Translations under genes and position numbers: made by a program
The notes under the pieces: generated by a model
The model's input: only the letters and a program-made list of their open reading frames with translations
Told to the model about the DNA's origin: nothing
Databases searched by the model: none
Assembly (NCBI GenBank): GCA_019634005.1
Contig: JAHQWD010000002.1
Coordinates: 128,747-192,746, forward strand
DNA from: Candidatus Kaiserbacteria bacterium
Lineage (GTDB): Bacteria > Patescibacteriota > Minisyncoccia > Phycocordibacterales > UBA918
Direction: 5' to 3'
Length of the DNA: 64,000 nucleotides
Shown here: positions 25,894-35,216 of the stretch, in pieces
How the letters are laid out: the number at the start of each line of letters is the position of its first letter
Position numbering within the stretch: position 1 is the stretch's first letter

Positions 25894-25967
25894 GGCGGCT
25901 ATCGTATAACGGTTTATTACTCCGGTTTGTGGTACCGGCAATTCGGGTTCGATTCCCGATAGCCGCC
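25894..25967 (+). tRNA. tRNA-His (anticodon GTG) with encoded G-1 pairing to discriminator C73
   Basis: Manual fold: G-1 + GCGGCTA/TAGCCGC + C73. Anticodon stem CCGGT/ACCGG, loop TTGTGGT, T-arm TCGGG-TTCGATT-CCCGA. Confidence 0.75.
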
Positions 25968-25984
25968 CAGCGACATAGAAAAAA

Positions 25985-26011
25985 CCTCTTCCCTCGTGGA
26001 AGAGGTTTTTT
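25985..26011. terminator. Bidirectional rho-independent terminator
   Basis: cctcttccctcgtggaagagg flanked by A- and T-runs. It lies between the tRNA-His gene and a convergent gene. Confidence 0.6.
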
Positions 26012-26027
26012 CATATCAGAACAAGAT

Positions 26028-26354
26028 TTACATCTTTGTCATCTCCACCACTTCAATATACGCACCTGGTACATTCAAATGTGGGCAATCTGTGAAGATA
26101 GCACACGCAGCTTCGTGATCTTCAGCCTGAACGATGGAGTATCCTCCAACTTCATTGCGAACATCCGACACCTCGCCTTTTGTTACTCGTTTGTTACTAC
26201 CGACCGGATTACCAAGATCAACAAAACTATCCTTATGCGCCTCCATCCAAGGAGTCCATGCTTGCTTCTCACTTTGTTGGTCTGCTTCAGACATGTTTTT
26301 GAAGGCATCAAAACCTTCGGCTGGCAAATTGTATAGAGCTAGAAATTTTTTCAT
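26028..26354 (-). CDS. Conserved hypothetical ~108-aa protein, paralog of 16049..16375
   Basis: About 50% identity along the full length (MKK.LA.....PE..D..K.MS...........W..WMEAHK…GGY.IVQAE.HE.A..IF…). Confidence 0.45.
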   Translation of the reverse strand: MKKFLALYNLPAEGFDAFKNMSEADQQSEKQAWTPWMEAHKDSFVDLGNPVGSNKRVTKGEVSDVRNEVGGYSIVQAEDHEAACAIFTDCPHLNVPGAYIEVVEMTKM

Positions 26355-26366
26355 AGTGATTTTACA

Positions 26367-26768
26367 TTATTTATTTTTATAAAGCATGCCAAAGGCAATA
26401 CCTACAAGCGTGAAGTGCACCAAGGCAAAACTGCCTGCTACCAGAAACCACGTACTGTATGAAGTAACGGTATGTTTGGCTACTTCGGCAATAACCGAAC
26501 CGCTGGCAAAAAAGAGTCCCATCAACCACGCATAGTGCAAGGCTCCTTTCATAGTGCCATCAGCAAATGATGTTTTGGGAAACAGCCAAGCGAGAATCAC
26601 GCCCTGAATTACCATCGACAACAAGCCGAGCGCAACGACTGGCTCCTCAGAATTGGAGTAGAGCGCCAAATCGAGATACACTTGTTTGAACAAAACCATG
26701 TGCCAAATCATTGCCACCGGAAAGGTAACAACTACGTAGGCCAAGGTTCCTTTAATTAGGTTATTCAT
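26367..26768 (-). CDS. Hypothetical 4-TM membrane protein
   Basis: 133-aa hydrophobic ORF in an operon with the HxlR-type regulator. Confidence 0.4.
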   Translation of the reverse strand: MNNLIKGTLAYVVVTFPVAMIWHMVLFKQVYLDLALYSNSEEPVVALGLLSMVIQGVILAWLFPKTSFADGTMKGALHYAWLMGLFFASGSVIAEVAKHTVTSYSTWFLVAGSFALVHFTLVGIAFGMLYKNK

Positions 26769-26770
26769 AA

Positions 26771-27205
26771 TTATTTTGGTTTTACTGATCCGCCATCTTT
26801 ATATGCCTTGATGGCATTTTTGATAAATGCTGCTTTGTCTCGTTTTATCATCTGCACGTACGCTTTTGGCAGCACAGTATCTGCGTCGTGCTTGCCACTC
26901 CAGAGAATGATTTCGACCAAAATAGGTAATAAATCAAATCCTTTTTCAGTGAGATCGTAACGGTACTTTGAACCACGACCTTGATTGGGGGACTTGCTAA
27001 TAATCCCTTCTCGCTCAAGCAGCATGATGCGGTCAGTTAAGATATTGGTGGAAATCTGTTCGTCTGACTCGGCAAACTCGGTAAAAGTTCGCTTACCTTC
27101 AAACACCAAATCGCGCACCACTAGTAATGTCCACCTATCACCAAAGATTTCCAATGCATAATTGATTGGGCAGACTGAGCGTCTTTGTTCTGGTTTTTTA
27201 GGCAT
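26771..27205 (-). CDS. HxlR-family winged-helix transcriptional regulator
   Basis: CPINYALEIFGDRWTLLVVRDL matches the HxlR (DUF24) N-terminus. Confidence 0.7.
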   Translation of the reverse strand: MPKKPEQRRSVCPINYALEIFGDRWTLLVVRDLVFEGKRTFTEFAESDEQISTNILTDRIMLLEREGIISKSPNQGRGSKYRYDLTEKGFDLLPILVEIILWSGKHDADTVLPKAYVQMIKRDKAAFIKNAIKAYKDGGSVKPK

Positions 27206-27289
27206 AAGCGTATGGTACGTTATTTACTTGCATTTTGCAAGTAAATGTATATACTAGCAAATGTTACGAAGCATAAACATGCCTAACAT

Positions 27290-27601
27290 ATGTCCAGCAA
27301 TACAAATAAAAATATAATTTCTCTAGTACAATTTATTCCTAAAAAAGGAGTGGGTGAAGAAGAGATGTTGGCTGCAGTCGATGCCGCTCAAGAAACTTTC
27401 TTTGCTTTACAGCCAGGGGTTATCGACCATAAAGTACTGCGAACAGACGGTTTGTGGTTCGATATGATTCTGTGGGACTCACTTGAAGCCAATACAGAAT
27501 CAAACAAATCATTTTCTGAACATGAAGCTGGCAAAAAACTGCATGAATTAGCTGATATCAAACAGGTAGATCGTCCAGTTGTTAAACGAGCGTATTGCTA
27601 A
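27290..27601 (+). CDS. Hypothetical small protein (possibly ABM/Dabb-like)
   Basis: 103-aa ORF, divergent from the HxlR regulator. Confidence 0.3.
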   Translation: MSSNTNKNIISLVQFIPKKGVGEEEMLAAVDAAQETFFALQPGVIDHKVLRTDGLWFDMILWDSLEANTESNKSFSEHEAGKKLHELADIKQVDRPVVKRAYC

Positions 27602-27615
27602 ACTATACATAGAAT

Positions 27616-28041
27616 ATGTTCTCACAAAATTACACTCAAAAAATACACGTTACCGCCAATCCACCAACTTCCTTTAAAGCCGTCACGGAAAACGTCGGCG
27701 ACTGGTGGGGTGACGTCGAAGGTAAGCTAACAAAATTGGATGACGAGTTTACCGTTTCATTTGATGAAACCTATTGGACGTTCCGAGCAACTGAGTTTTC
27801 TCCTAACACTACATTGGTATGGGAGTGCGTTAAGGCGCACCATGTGCATGGTGATCTGTCAGGTATTGAGAAAGAGTGGGAAGGAACACGTGTGATTTGG
27901 AATTTTACGGAAACGAACAACGGTACTGAAATACAAATGACCCATGAAGGTCTGCAGCCTGCACTGGTGTGTTATGACGTATGCAAAGAGGGTTGGGATC
28001 ATTTCTTCCTCAAGAGTTTGAAAGAATACTTGGATGAATGA
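27616..28041 (+). CDS. SRPBCC (Bet v1 / AHSA1-like) family protein
   Basis: Size and W-rich pattern. Weak family-level call. Confidence 0.4.
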   Translation: MFSQNYTQKIHVTANPPTSFKAVTENVGDWWGDVEGKLTKLDDEFTVSFDETYWTFRATEFSPNTTLVWECVKAHHVHGDLSGIEKEWEGTRVIWNFTETNNGTEIQMTHEGLQPALVCYDVCKEGWDHFFLKSLKEYLDE

Positions 28042-28225
28042 CAATCGCTAAATCCAAATGGAGTTATCGTGTAAAAAACGCTTCTTTATGTTCGACAGGG
28101 ATTAAATGGGGGTACATGTAACGACACGTCACTTTTTTCCTCAAACACAGTTCGAACATCCTCCACGACGTCGCCCCGAAAACAAAAACCTGCAACTGCA
28201 GGTCTTTGTTGTTATACTAGTTTTA

Positions 28226-28360
28226 ATGATCAGGGTGCTATTTTTTGATAACGATGGAGTTCTAGCTCATACAGAGGAATTATTTTTTGAAATAAATAGC
28301 AAGGTATTCGCTGATATGGATATAGAATATTCACGTAAGGATTTTGAGCATCTTCTTTAA
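28226..28360 (+). pseudogene. Truncated N-terminal fragment of a HAD-family hydrolase (beta-phosphoglucomutase-like)
   Basis: MIRVLFFDNDGVLAHTEELFFEIN… carries HAD motif I (DxDGV) and then stops after 44 aa. Confidence 0.35.
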
Positions 28361-28432
28361 CAGAACTGCCAGATTTACTTAAAGAGTTGTCATAACAATA
28401 TTCCATTCAGAATCAAGTATACTAATTTATAT

Positions 28433-29590
28433 ATGGAAGCATTCTATTCATTTTTCCTCGTTGTCTTTTCAGGAGTCTTCTTCTCAATGCTTTCGATACG
28501 AACCCATATCCCATGGGCAGTTATGCTTATTCTCGGTGGGATCCTTGCTGGTCCTAGTTTTTTAGACGTGATGTCAGTAAATCCTACGATAGATTTTATT
28601 GGGCAGATTGGTTTGATATTCCTTATGTTCATGGCAGGACTCGAGACGAAGTTCTCTCAACTGCAGGAGTTCAAAGGGAACCTCGTCTTTCTAGCATTTA
28701 TAAATGGATTTGTTCCATTTCTCGTCGGTGCTACGGTGGTCTGGTTTCTTGGATACGGGCTCATGGCGTCACTTATTGTAGGAATCATTTTCATTTCTTC
28801 ATCTGTGGCGGTTGTTATTCCATCACTGGAAGTCTCTGGAGTGCTGAATACCAAACTGGGGCAATCGGTGGTCATCACGACACTGCTGCAGGACATCACC
28901 AGTCTGACACTGCTCTCACTGCTACTTCAGTCGGTAGATCCAATTACTGAAGTGCCACTCTATATATTCTATCCAGTGCTGTTGGGTGTGCTTATCTCAC
29001 TTCGTTTAGTTATTCCAAAGTTACGTAGGTGGGTGATTAAGATGGCGACTGGTTCACCCGATCTTTTTCAACTTGAGTTTCGGTCAACATTCCTTGTACT
29101 TATTGGAACTGTGATTGCATTTGAAGTGCTTGGTCTACATCCCATTGTTGCTGGTTTCTTCTCAGGATTAGTGCTCGCTGACTCAATTAAGAGCAAGGTA
29201 CTGAAAGAGAAAATCCAGACCATTAGTTACGGTATCTTCATCCCAACATTTTTTATTGTTGTTGGTCTTGAAACAGACCTCAATGTTCTCAAGGATACGA
29301 GTGGTGTTCTTTTGAGCATTGTCCTGATCGTATTCTCGTTAGTTGTTTCAAAATATATGAGTGGGTATGTTGCAGCCAAGATGGTTGGGTTTAATAGCAT
29401 TGAGTCTGGATTCTTTGCTGCGACGTCACTTCCGCAACTTTCTACCACACTCGCAACCGCATTTGTCGCGTTTAGTCTTGGGCTTATTGATCAGACGCTT
29501 CTCGCTGCACTTGTTATTTTGAGTATTGTTACGGTACTCTTGAGTCCTATTCTCATACGGGCGTACTCTGCTCGTTTGGAGAAAAAATAA
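28433..29590 (+). CDS. Cation:proton antiporter (CPA / Na+/H+ exchanger family)
   Basis: 385 aa with about 11-12 TM. Architecture typical of the Na_H_exchanger family. Confidence 0.55.
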   Translation: MEAFYSFFLVVFSGVFFSMLSIRTHIPWAVMLILGGILAGPSFLDVMSVNPTIDFIGQIGLIFLMFMAGLETKFSQLQEFKGNLVFLAFINGFVPFLVGATVVWFLGYGLMASLIVGIIFISSSVAVVIPSLEVSGVLNTKLGQSVVITTLLQDITSLTLLSLLLQSVDPITEVPLYIFYPVLLGVLISLRLVIPKLRRWVIKMATGSPDLFQLEFRSTFLVLIGTVIAFEVLGLHPIVAGFFSGLVLADSIKSKVLKEKIQTISYGIFIPTFFIVVGLETDLNVLKDTSGVLLSIVLIVFSLVVSKYMSGYVAAKMVGFNSIESGFFAATSLPQLSTTLATAFVAFSLGLIDQTLLAALVILSIVTVLLSPILIRAYSARLEKK

Positions 29591-29705
29591 TGTATAGTTT
29601 TTGATACAATACACCCATGGATCGGTCAGACATTATTCTTTTTGTAACCCTTAGCTTTCTCTTGGGGATTGGCTTCGGATACTATTTCACCCCCATACTA
29701 TTTCT

Positions 29706-30086
29706 ATGAAAAAGTTTTTTGAAGAATTCAAGACATTCGCAATGCGTGGGAATGTGGTTGATATGGCGGTCGGTATCGTCATCGGTGCTGCGTTTGGGAA
29801 GATAGTTTCTTCTTTGGTAGAGAACATCATTACGCCGCTCGCAAGCGTTCTCACTGGCGGTGTGAATTTTGCAGACCTCTCTACCTCTATTGGAGACACA
29901 GTGTTTCCTTACGGCGCATTCATTCAGTCGGTTGTAGACTTTGTTATCATTGCGTTCGCAATCTTTGTTGCTATTAAAGTAATGAACAGACTTCAGGACG
30001 AGGAAGAGGGGCCAAAAAAGAAGAAAAAAGAGTCTGAAGAAGTGAAATTGCTCCGCGAAATTAGGGACTCTCTGCAAAAAGAATAG
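29706..30086 (+). CDS. mscL: Large-conductance mechanosensitive channel
   Basis: [27 protein letters not shown] is the MscL TM1 signature. A charged C-terminal helix follows. Confidence 0.85.
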   Translation: MKKFFEEFKTFAMRGNVVDMAVGIVIGAAFGKIVSSLVENIITPLASVLTGGVNFADLSTSIGDTVFPYGAFIQSVVDFVIIAFAIFVAIKVMNRLQDEEEGPKKKKKESEEVKLLREIRDSLQKE

Positions 30087-30103
30087 TCACGAAACATTCT
30101 TAA

Positions 30104-30135
30104 AACCGCCGCAAGTCTTGCGACGGTTTTTTATC
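30104..30135 (+). terminator. Rho-independent terminator after mscL
   Basis: accgccgcaagtcttgcgacggt followed by tttttat. Confidence 0.5.
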
Positions 30136-30420
30136 TGTGGCTATCCACAGACTAGAAGGGAATAGGGAGATAAATTCACCTTTATTTTAAAGCATAAATT
30201 ATAAAGTACAGCGTACGGATGATAATTTTGCGTATTGCGGGAAGTGGAGTTAAAATAGACGTATCACACGCCCTTGCTCTTCGTGTGTTAGAGAGATCTT
30301 TCAATGTTTTGAAAGATCATGGGGGCACACTCACTGAGATGGAAACCTTCACTCATGTCGATACAACATGAGGCTCTCAGTGTCACCCTCGTTTTACCAA
30401 CACAACTAAACCGATAGACT

Positions 30421-33255
30421 ATGATTACTGAGATTACCAAGCGCAACGGCACCACGGTTCCATTTGATGAGAAAAAAATCACTGTGGTGATGAAAAAAGC
30501 ATTTGCGGCAGAAAGTGTTTCTGTCACTGATGAACTTTTACAGCAAATGACCGACCGCGTGGTCGCAAAACTTGTTATTCGCTGCGAGGATGAGAAGCAA
30601 CAGCCGACAGTAGAGCAGGTGCAGGATCTTGTGGAAGAGACATTGATGGAGCGGGGGTACTTCGACGTTGCGAAGGCCTTTATTTTGTATCGGTTTAAAC
30701 AAACAGAGGAACGTAAACAGGAGGTGGTTAAGGAGATTGAGGAGAATCGTCTCATGATCGAGCGAACTGATGGTTCAACCGAGCAGTTCTCTCGTGAGAA
30801 GATGCATGAGTACATCTCTCGATTCATTGAAGGATATGAGAAAGAGATTGATGTCGAGGGCATTGTGTCGCAGGTAGAGCGAGAAGTCTATGACGGTATC
30901 AAGACTGCCGAGATGGCAAAGGTAGTGACGCTCATTCTCCGTGCACGCATCGAAGAAGATCCTGCGTACTCCTATGTAGCAGCACGTCAGCTTAATGACC
31001 GCGTCTGTACACAGGCAGTGGGCACCACGATCGGTGTTGGAAAGAGCGAGTACCAAGCGCAGTATCGGTCTGCATTCATCAAGAACATGAAGCACGGCGT
31101 AGAGGAGAAAAAGATTGATTCAAAAATGTTGGAGTTCAATCTAGAACTTCTTGCAGAGAAGATGGAGCCGTCGCGGGACGATCTCTTCAAGTATCTTGGT
31201 ATCGAGACACTTCACGATCGATATTTCATTAAGCGAAATGACGGTACGGTCATGGAAACACCACAAATGATGTGGATGCGTGTGGCGATGGGACTCTGTC
31301 TGAACGAAGAAAAAAAGGAAGACAAGGCGCTCGAGTTCTATAATATGATGTCGACACTTCGATTTGTGCCATCAACACCAACACTCTTCCATTCTGGAAC
31401 ACCACATCCACAACTTTCGTCATGTTATCTCAACGTTGTTGAGGATGATCTCAACCACATCTTCAAAGTGTTTGGAGATAACGCACAGCTTTCTAAGTGG
31501 GCGGGAGGTATCGGAACTGCGTGGACAAAACTGCGTGGTACAGGAGCACTGATTAAGAAAGCACACATCAGTTCACAGGGTGTGGTGCCATTCCTGAAGA
31601 TTGCGAACGATGTAACGGTTGCGATCAACCGTTCAGGACGCCGTCGTGGCGCAACTGCAGTGTACATGGAGAACTGGCACTACGATTTTCTTGACTTCCT
31701 CGAGCTTCGTAAAAACACAGGAGACGAGCGCCGCCGAACACACGACATCAACACGGCAGCATGGATCTCAGATCTCTTTATGAAGCGTGTGAAAGAAAAT
31801 GGCACATGGACACTTTTCTCTCCAGACGAAGCGATAGATCTTACCGAGACATACGGAAAGAAGTTTGAAGAACTCTACACCAAGTATGAGGACATGGCAG
31901 CACGCGGGGAAATTAAACTTCACAAGACAATGCCTGCTGTAGATCTCTGGAAGAAGATGCTCGGCATGCTCTTTGAGACAGGGCATCCGTGGATCACGTT
32001 CAAGGATCCATCAAACATCCGTTCGCCACAGGATCATGTAGGAGTTGTGCACAATTCTAACCTTTGTACAGAGATTACACTCAATACGTCTGAAGAAGAG
32101 ACTGCGGTGTGTAACCTTGGGTCAGTAAACTATAAAGAACATGTCGTGAATGGTCGCTTTGACGAAGCAAAGGTGCGTGAGACGGTAACGACTGCGATGC
32201 GCATGCTTGATAACGTGATCGACCTCAACTTCTACCCAACGAAGGAGGCGAAGAACTCCAATATGAAGCATCGTCCAGTAGGGCTTGGAATCATGGGGTT
32301 CCAAGATGCGCTCTACATGCTTGATATTCCGTTTGCGTCAGAGAAGTGTGTGGAATTCGCAGATTCATCAATGGAGATGATCTCACACGCGGCAATTCTC
32401 GCATCAAGCGAGCTCGCACGAGAGCGAGGTGCGTACGAGAGTTTTGCGGGATCGAAGTGGGATCGAGGATTGCTTCCCGTTGATACTATCGCGCTTCTCG
32501 AGGAAGAGCGTGGTATGAAGACAGACGCGACCCGTACAGAGCGTCTCGACTGGAGTGCAGTCCGAGAATCTGTTCAGAAGCACGGTATGCGAAACAGTAA
32601 CTGTATGGCAATTGCGCCGACCGCGACTATCTCTAACATCGCGGGATCTATCCCAGGAAACGAGCCAATCTACAAAAATATTTACGTGAAGAGTAATATT
32701 TCTGGAGACTTCATCGTGGTAAATACGTATCTTGTGGACGCACTGAAACAGCGCGGACTTTGGAACAAGGATATGCTCGACATCCTCAAGTACAACGATG
32801 GAAGTGTGCAGGATATAGATCTTATCCCACAGGATATTAAAGACATGTACAAAGAGACTTTCGAGATTGATATGAAGTGGCTCGTACGTGCTGCGGTTGC
32901 TCGTGGTAAGTGGATCGATCAGTCACAGTCTCTCAATATCTTCTATTCAGGAACCAGTGGTAAGGAGATCAGCGACCTCTACCTCTACGCGTGGGAGGCA
33001 GGAGTGAAGACGACCTACTACCTCCGTTCACTTGGAGCATCACAGGTAGAGAAGGCGACTGTCGGACAGAGTGGAAGTCAGACACGAAAGAAGAAGGAGG
33101 GAGGCATGACTCCAGCAGACGCGCAGGCTGAGTCAGGCACTCCATCTCCAATGAGTCAGGAGGAGATCGAAAGCGCAAAAGTTGCGATACAGAAGAAATC
33201 TGGGGGCGTGAACCTTCACGTTGCAGAGGATTCCATCTGTGAATCATGTGAGTAA
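30421..33255 (+). CDS. Ribonucleotide reductase large (alpha) subunit with an N-terminal ATP-cone. Class I/II-type catalytic core and a C-terminal CxxC tail.
   Basis: ATP-cone (ITKRNG..VPFD), SNLCTEI, VCNLGSVN and C-terminal CESCE. No small-subunit gene is adjacent, so the class (nrdA vs nrdJ) is unresolved. Confidence 0.85.
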   Translation: MITEITKRNGTTVPFDEKKITVVMKKAFAAESVSVTDELLQQMTDRVVAKLVIRCEDEKQQPTVEQVQDLVEETLMERGYFDVAKAFILYRFKQTEERKQEVVKEIEENRLMIERTDGSTEQFSREKMHEYISRFIEGYEKEIDVEGIVSQVEREVYDGIKTAEMAKVVTLILRARIEEDPAYSYVAARQLNDRVCTQAVGTTIGVGKSEYQAQYRSAFIKNMKHGVEEKKIDSKMLEFNLELLAEKMEPSRDDLFKYLGIETLHDRYFIKRNDGTVMETPQMMWMRVAMGLCLNEEKKEDKALEFYNMMSTLRFVPSTPTLFHSGTPHPQLSSCYLNVVEDDLNHIFKVFGDNAQLSKWAGGIGTAWTKLRGTGALIKKAHISSQGVVPFLKIANDVTVAINRSGRRRGATAVYMENWHYDFLDFLELRKNTGDERRRTHDINTAAWISDLFMKRVKENGTWTLFSPDEAIDLTETYGKKFEELYTKYEDMAARGEIKLHKTMPAVDLWKKMLGMLFETGHPWITFKDPSNIRSPQDHVGVVHNSNLCTEITLNTSEEETAVCNLGSVNYKEHVVNGRFDEAKVRETVTTAMRMLDNVIDLNFYPTKEAKNSNMKHRPVGLGIMGFQDALYMLDIPFASEKCVEFADSSMEMISHAAILASSELARERGAYESFAGSKWDRGLLPVDTIALLEEERGMKTDATRTERLDWSAVRESVQKHGMRNSNCMAIAPTATISNIAGSIPGNEPIYKNIYVKSNISGDFIVVNTYLVDALKQRGLWNKDMLDILKYNDGSVQDIDLIPQDIKDMYKETFEIDMKWLVRAAVARGKWIDQSQSLNIFYSGTSGKEISDLYLYAWEAGVKTTYYLRSLGASQVEKATVGQSGSQTRKKKEGGMTPADAQAESGTPSPMSQEEIESAKVAIQKKSGGVNLHVAEDSICESCE

Positions 33256-33269
33256 CTTCATTTTCTAAA

Positions 33270-33298
33270 AAACTGCTCCTTTTACGGAGCAGTTTTTT
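33270..33298 (+). terminator. Rho-independent terminator
   Basis: ctgctccttttacggagcag followed by ttttttag. Confidence 0.65.
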
Positions 33299-33315
33299 AG
33301 TGTACGCTTTCTAAT

Positions 33316-34224
33316 ATGAGGAATACATTCTCTTTCATAGCATTGGTACTCATTATCGCTCTTGGGTACTTTTTTCTTTCTCCTGCACCATGTGGTATTC
33401 CACTTTCATACCGTATTGGAACAATTGATGAAAACTTTGCACTGACAGAGAGTCAGGCTCGTGCAGCGCTCGCTGATGCTGAGGCAGTATGGGAAGAAGG
33501 TGTGGGGAAAGATCTCTTCGTCTATGATTCCGAAGCATTCTTTACCGTGAACTTTGTCTATGATGAGCGACAGGCAGTTACAGACGAAGAACGAGAACTA
33601 CGACATGAATTGGATACCCAGAAAAATCTCAACGACAGTATCAAAGGAGAGTATGATGCGTACGCTGCAGAGTATGAAACTCTCAAGGCAGAATATGAAA
33701 AACGACAACAGAAATACGCACGGGAACTAAAGGCATACAATGAGACCGTTGCAGAATGGAATGAAAAAGGTGGTGCACCAGAGGAAGTGTATGATCAATT
33801 AAATGAAGAACAGGAGCGTCTCACAAGAGAGGGGGAGGCAATAAACAAAATGGTTGATGAGCTCAATGTGCTCGTAGAGAAATTGAATGAGTTGGGAACG
33901 CAAGGAGATTTGCTGGTAGACTCATATAATGAGATTGTTGATGATTACAACGATCGGTTTAATACTGAGCGGGAGTTTACCCAGGGAGACTATCAGGGAG
34001 ATTTCATCAATATTTACGAGTACGAAAGTCCCGAGGAATTACGCATTGTTCTTGCACATGAGTTAGGACATGCACTTTCACTCGATCACGTAGAAGGTTC
34101 GCAATCCATTATGTATTTCTTTATGGGTGAACAGAGTCTCTCAAAAGGACTCACGGTAGAGGATGTAGAAGCCTTTGAGGCAACATGTTCGCCAAAATGG
34201 TATCATAGACAGCGTTACTACTAG
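33316..34224 (+). CDS. Membrane-anchored protein with a coiled-coil region and a C-terminal metzincin-type zinc-protease motif
   Basis: N-terminal TM. Central heptad-rich region. HELGHALSLDH (HExxHxxxxxH spacing) followed by a Met-turn SIMYFF. Confidence 0.5.
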   Translation: MRNTFSFIALVLIIALGYFFLSPAPCGIPLSYRIGTIDENFALTESQARAALADAEAVWEEGVGKDLFVYDSEAFFTVNFVYDERQAVTDEERELRHELDTQKNLNDSIKGEYDAYAAEYETLKAEYEKRQQKYARELKAYNETVAEWNEKGGAPEEVYDQLNEEQERLTREGEAINKMVDELNVLVEKLNELGTQGDLLVDSYNEIVDDYNDRFNTEREFTQGDYQGDFINIYEYESPEELRIVLAHELGHALSLDHVEGSQSIMYFFMGEQSLSKGLTVEDVEAFEATCSPKWYHRQRYY

Positions 34225-34241
34225 AACAAGAATATATTTAT

Positions 34242-35015
34242 ATGTTTTCATTACCATACATGCGTGTGCTCACACCCTTGTTTGCACTCGCTGCAATCGT
34301 CGCACTCTTTGCATACGCACATCTGACGCTCCGTGAAGCGGAGTATGCAATGAGCGGGCCAACAGTCGTTTCTGTAACAGGAGAGGGTGAGGCAGTAGCA
34401 GTGCCAGACATTGCAGAGTTTACCTTTGGTGTGCTCGCAGAGGGTGCTGATGCGGCAGAAGCACAGGACAAATCTGCAGAAGCGATCAATGCAATCCTTG
34501 GGTACCTTGAGGATGAAGGAGTCGAGGAGGGAGATATTAAAACTGAATACTATAATCTCAATCCAAAATACGAATGGATCGCAGAGACGGAGCTCTCAGA
34601 GCGAAATCGTGTACTTGTTGGCTACGAGGTAAGTCAGACAGTTTCAGTGAAAGTACGCGATACTGATGAGGCGGGAGAACTTATCTCTGGTGTGGGAGAC
34701 CGCGGAGCAACAAATGTATCGTCCGTACAGTTTACGACTGAAGACGACGAGACACTCCGTGCAGAGGCACGTGCAAACGCTATTGCTGATGCTCGGGAAA
34801 AAGCAGAAGTGCTCGCGGATGATCTCGATGTGCGTATTGTACGTATGACTGGATTCTGGGAGGAGCAGAGTTACGCATACGGCCTCGGAGGAGCAGAGCG
34901 CTCATTTATGGCCATGGACTCTATGGCAGTGATGGAAGAGAAGGCGGTACCAAATCTTCCAGTGGGAGAGAATAAAACAACCGTTCGGGTTAACATCAGC
35001 TACGAAGTACGGTAG
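34242..35015 (+). CDS. SIMPL-domain (DUF541) periplasmic/immunogenic protein
   Basis: Signal/TM, then VVSVTGEGEA…GYEVSQTVSVKVRD matching the SIMPL family. Confidence 0.6.
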   Translation: MFSLPYMRVLTPLFALAAIVALFAYAHLTLREAEYAMSGPTVVSVTGEGEAVAVPDIAEFTFGVLAEGADAAEAQDKSAEAINAILGYLEDEGVEEGDIKTEYYNLNPKYEWIAETELSERNRVLVGYEVSQTVSVKVRDTDEAGELISGVGDRGATNVSSVQFTTEDDETLRAEARANAIADAREKAEVLADDLDVRIVRMTGFWEEQSYAYGLGGAERSFMAMDSMAVMEEKAVPNLPVGENKTTVRVNISYEVR

Positions 35016-35216
35016 TATAGTTTTCTTCCCGAAACCACGGACTTTGTGGGCGGTTGAAAACTAGATGACCACAATGCGTTTACTCATTGTGGTGAGTAGG
35101 GGAGAGGCGCTTCAATTCTGAAGCGCCTTTTCTATTACTTTACAATCTCAACCAGTATGGTAATATGGCTCTACATCGCCCCGAGGGGCGTTTTAATTTT
35201 GGATAATTTTCTAAAT

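Noticed and set aside
30136-30420. Cobalamin riboswitch upstream of the RNR gene
   Set aside because: Looked for the B12-box (…GCCACTG…) and the GGAA/CGGTG core and did not find them. Recorded only as an unclassified structured leader.
30288-30863. 191-aa minus-strand ORF spanning the RNR leader and 5' end
   Set aside because: Cys/Ser-rich low-complexity product antisense to the RNR ATP-cone.
35020-35140. Possible tRNA upstream of secE (common position for tRNA-Trp)
   Set aside because: No TTCGA T-loop and no acceptor/anticodon geometry. The hairpins do not fold as a cloverleaf.
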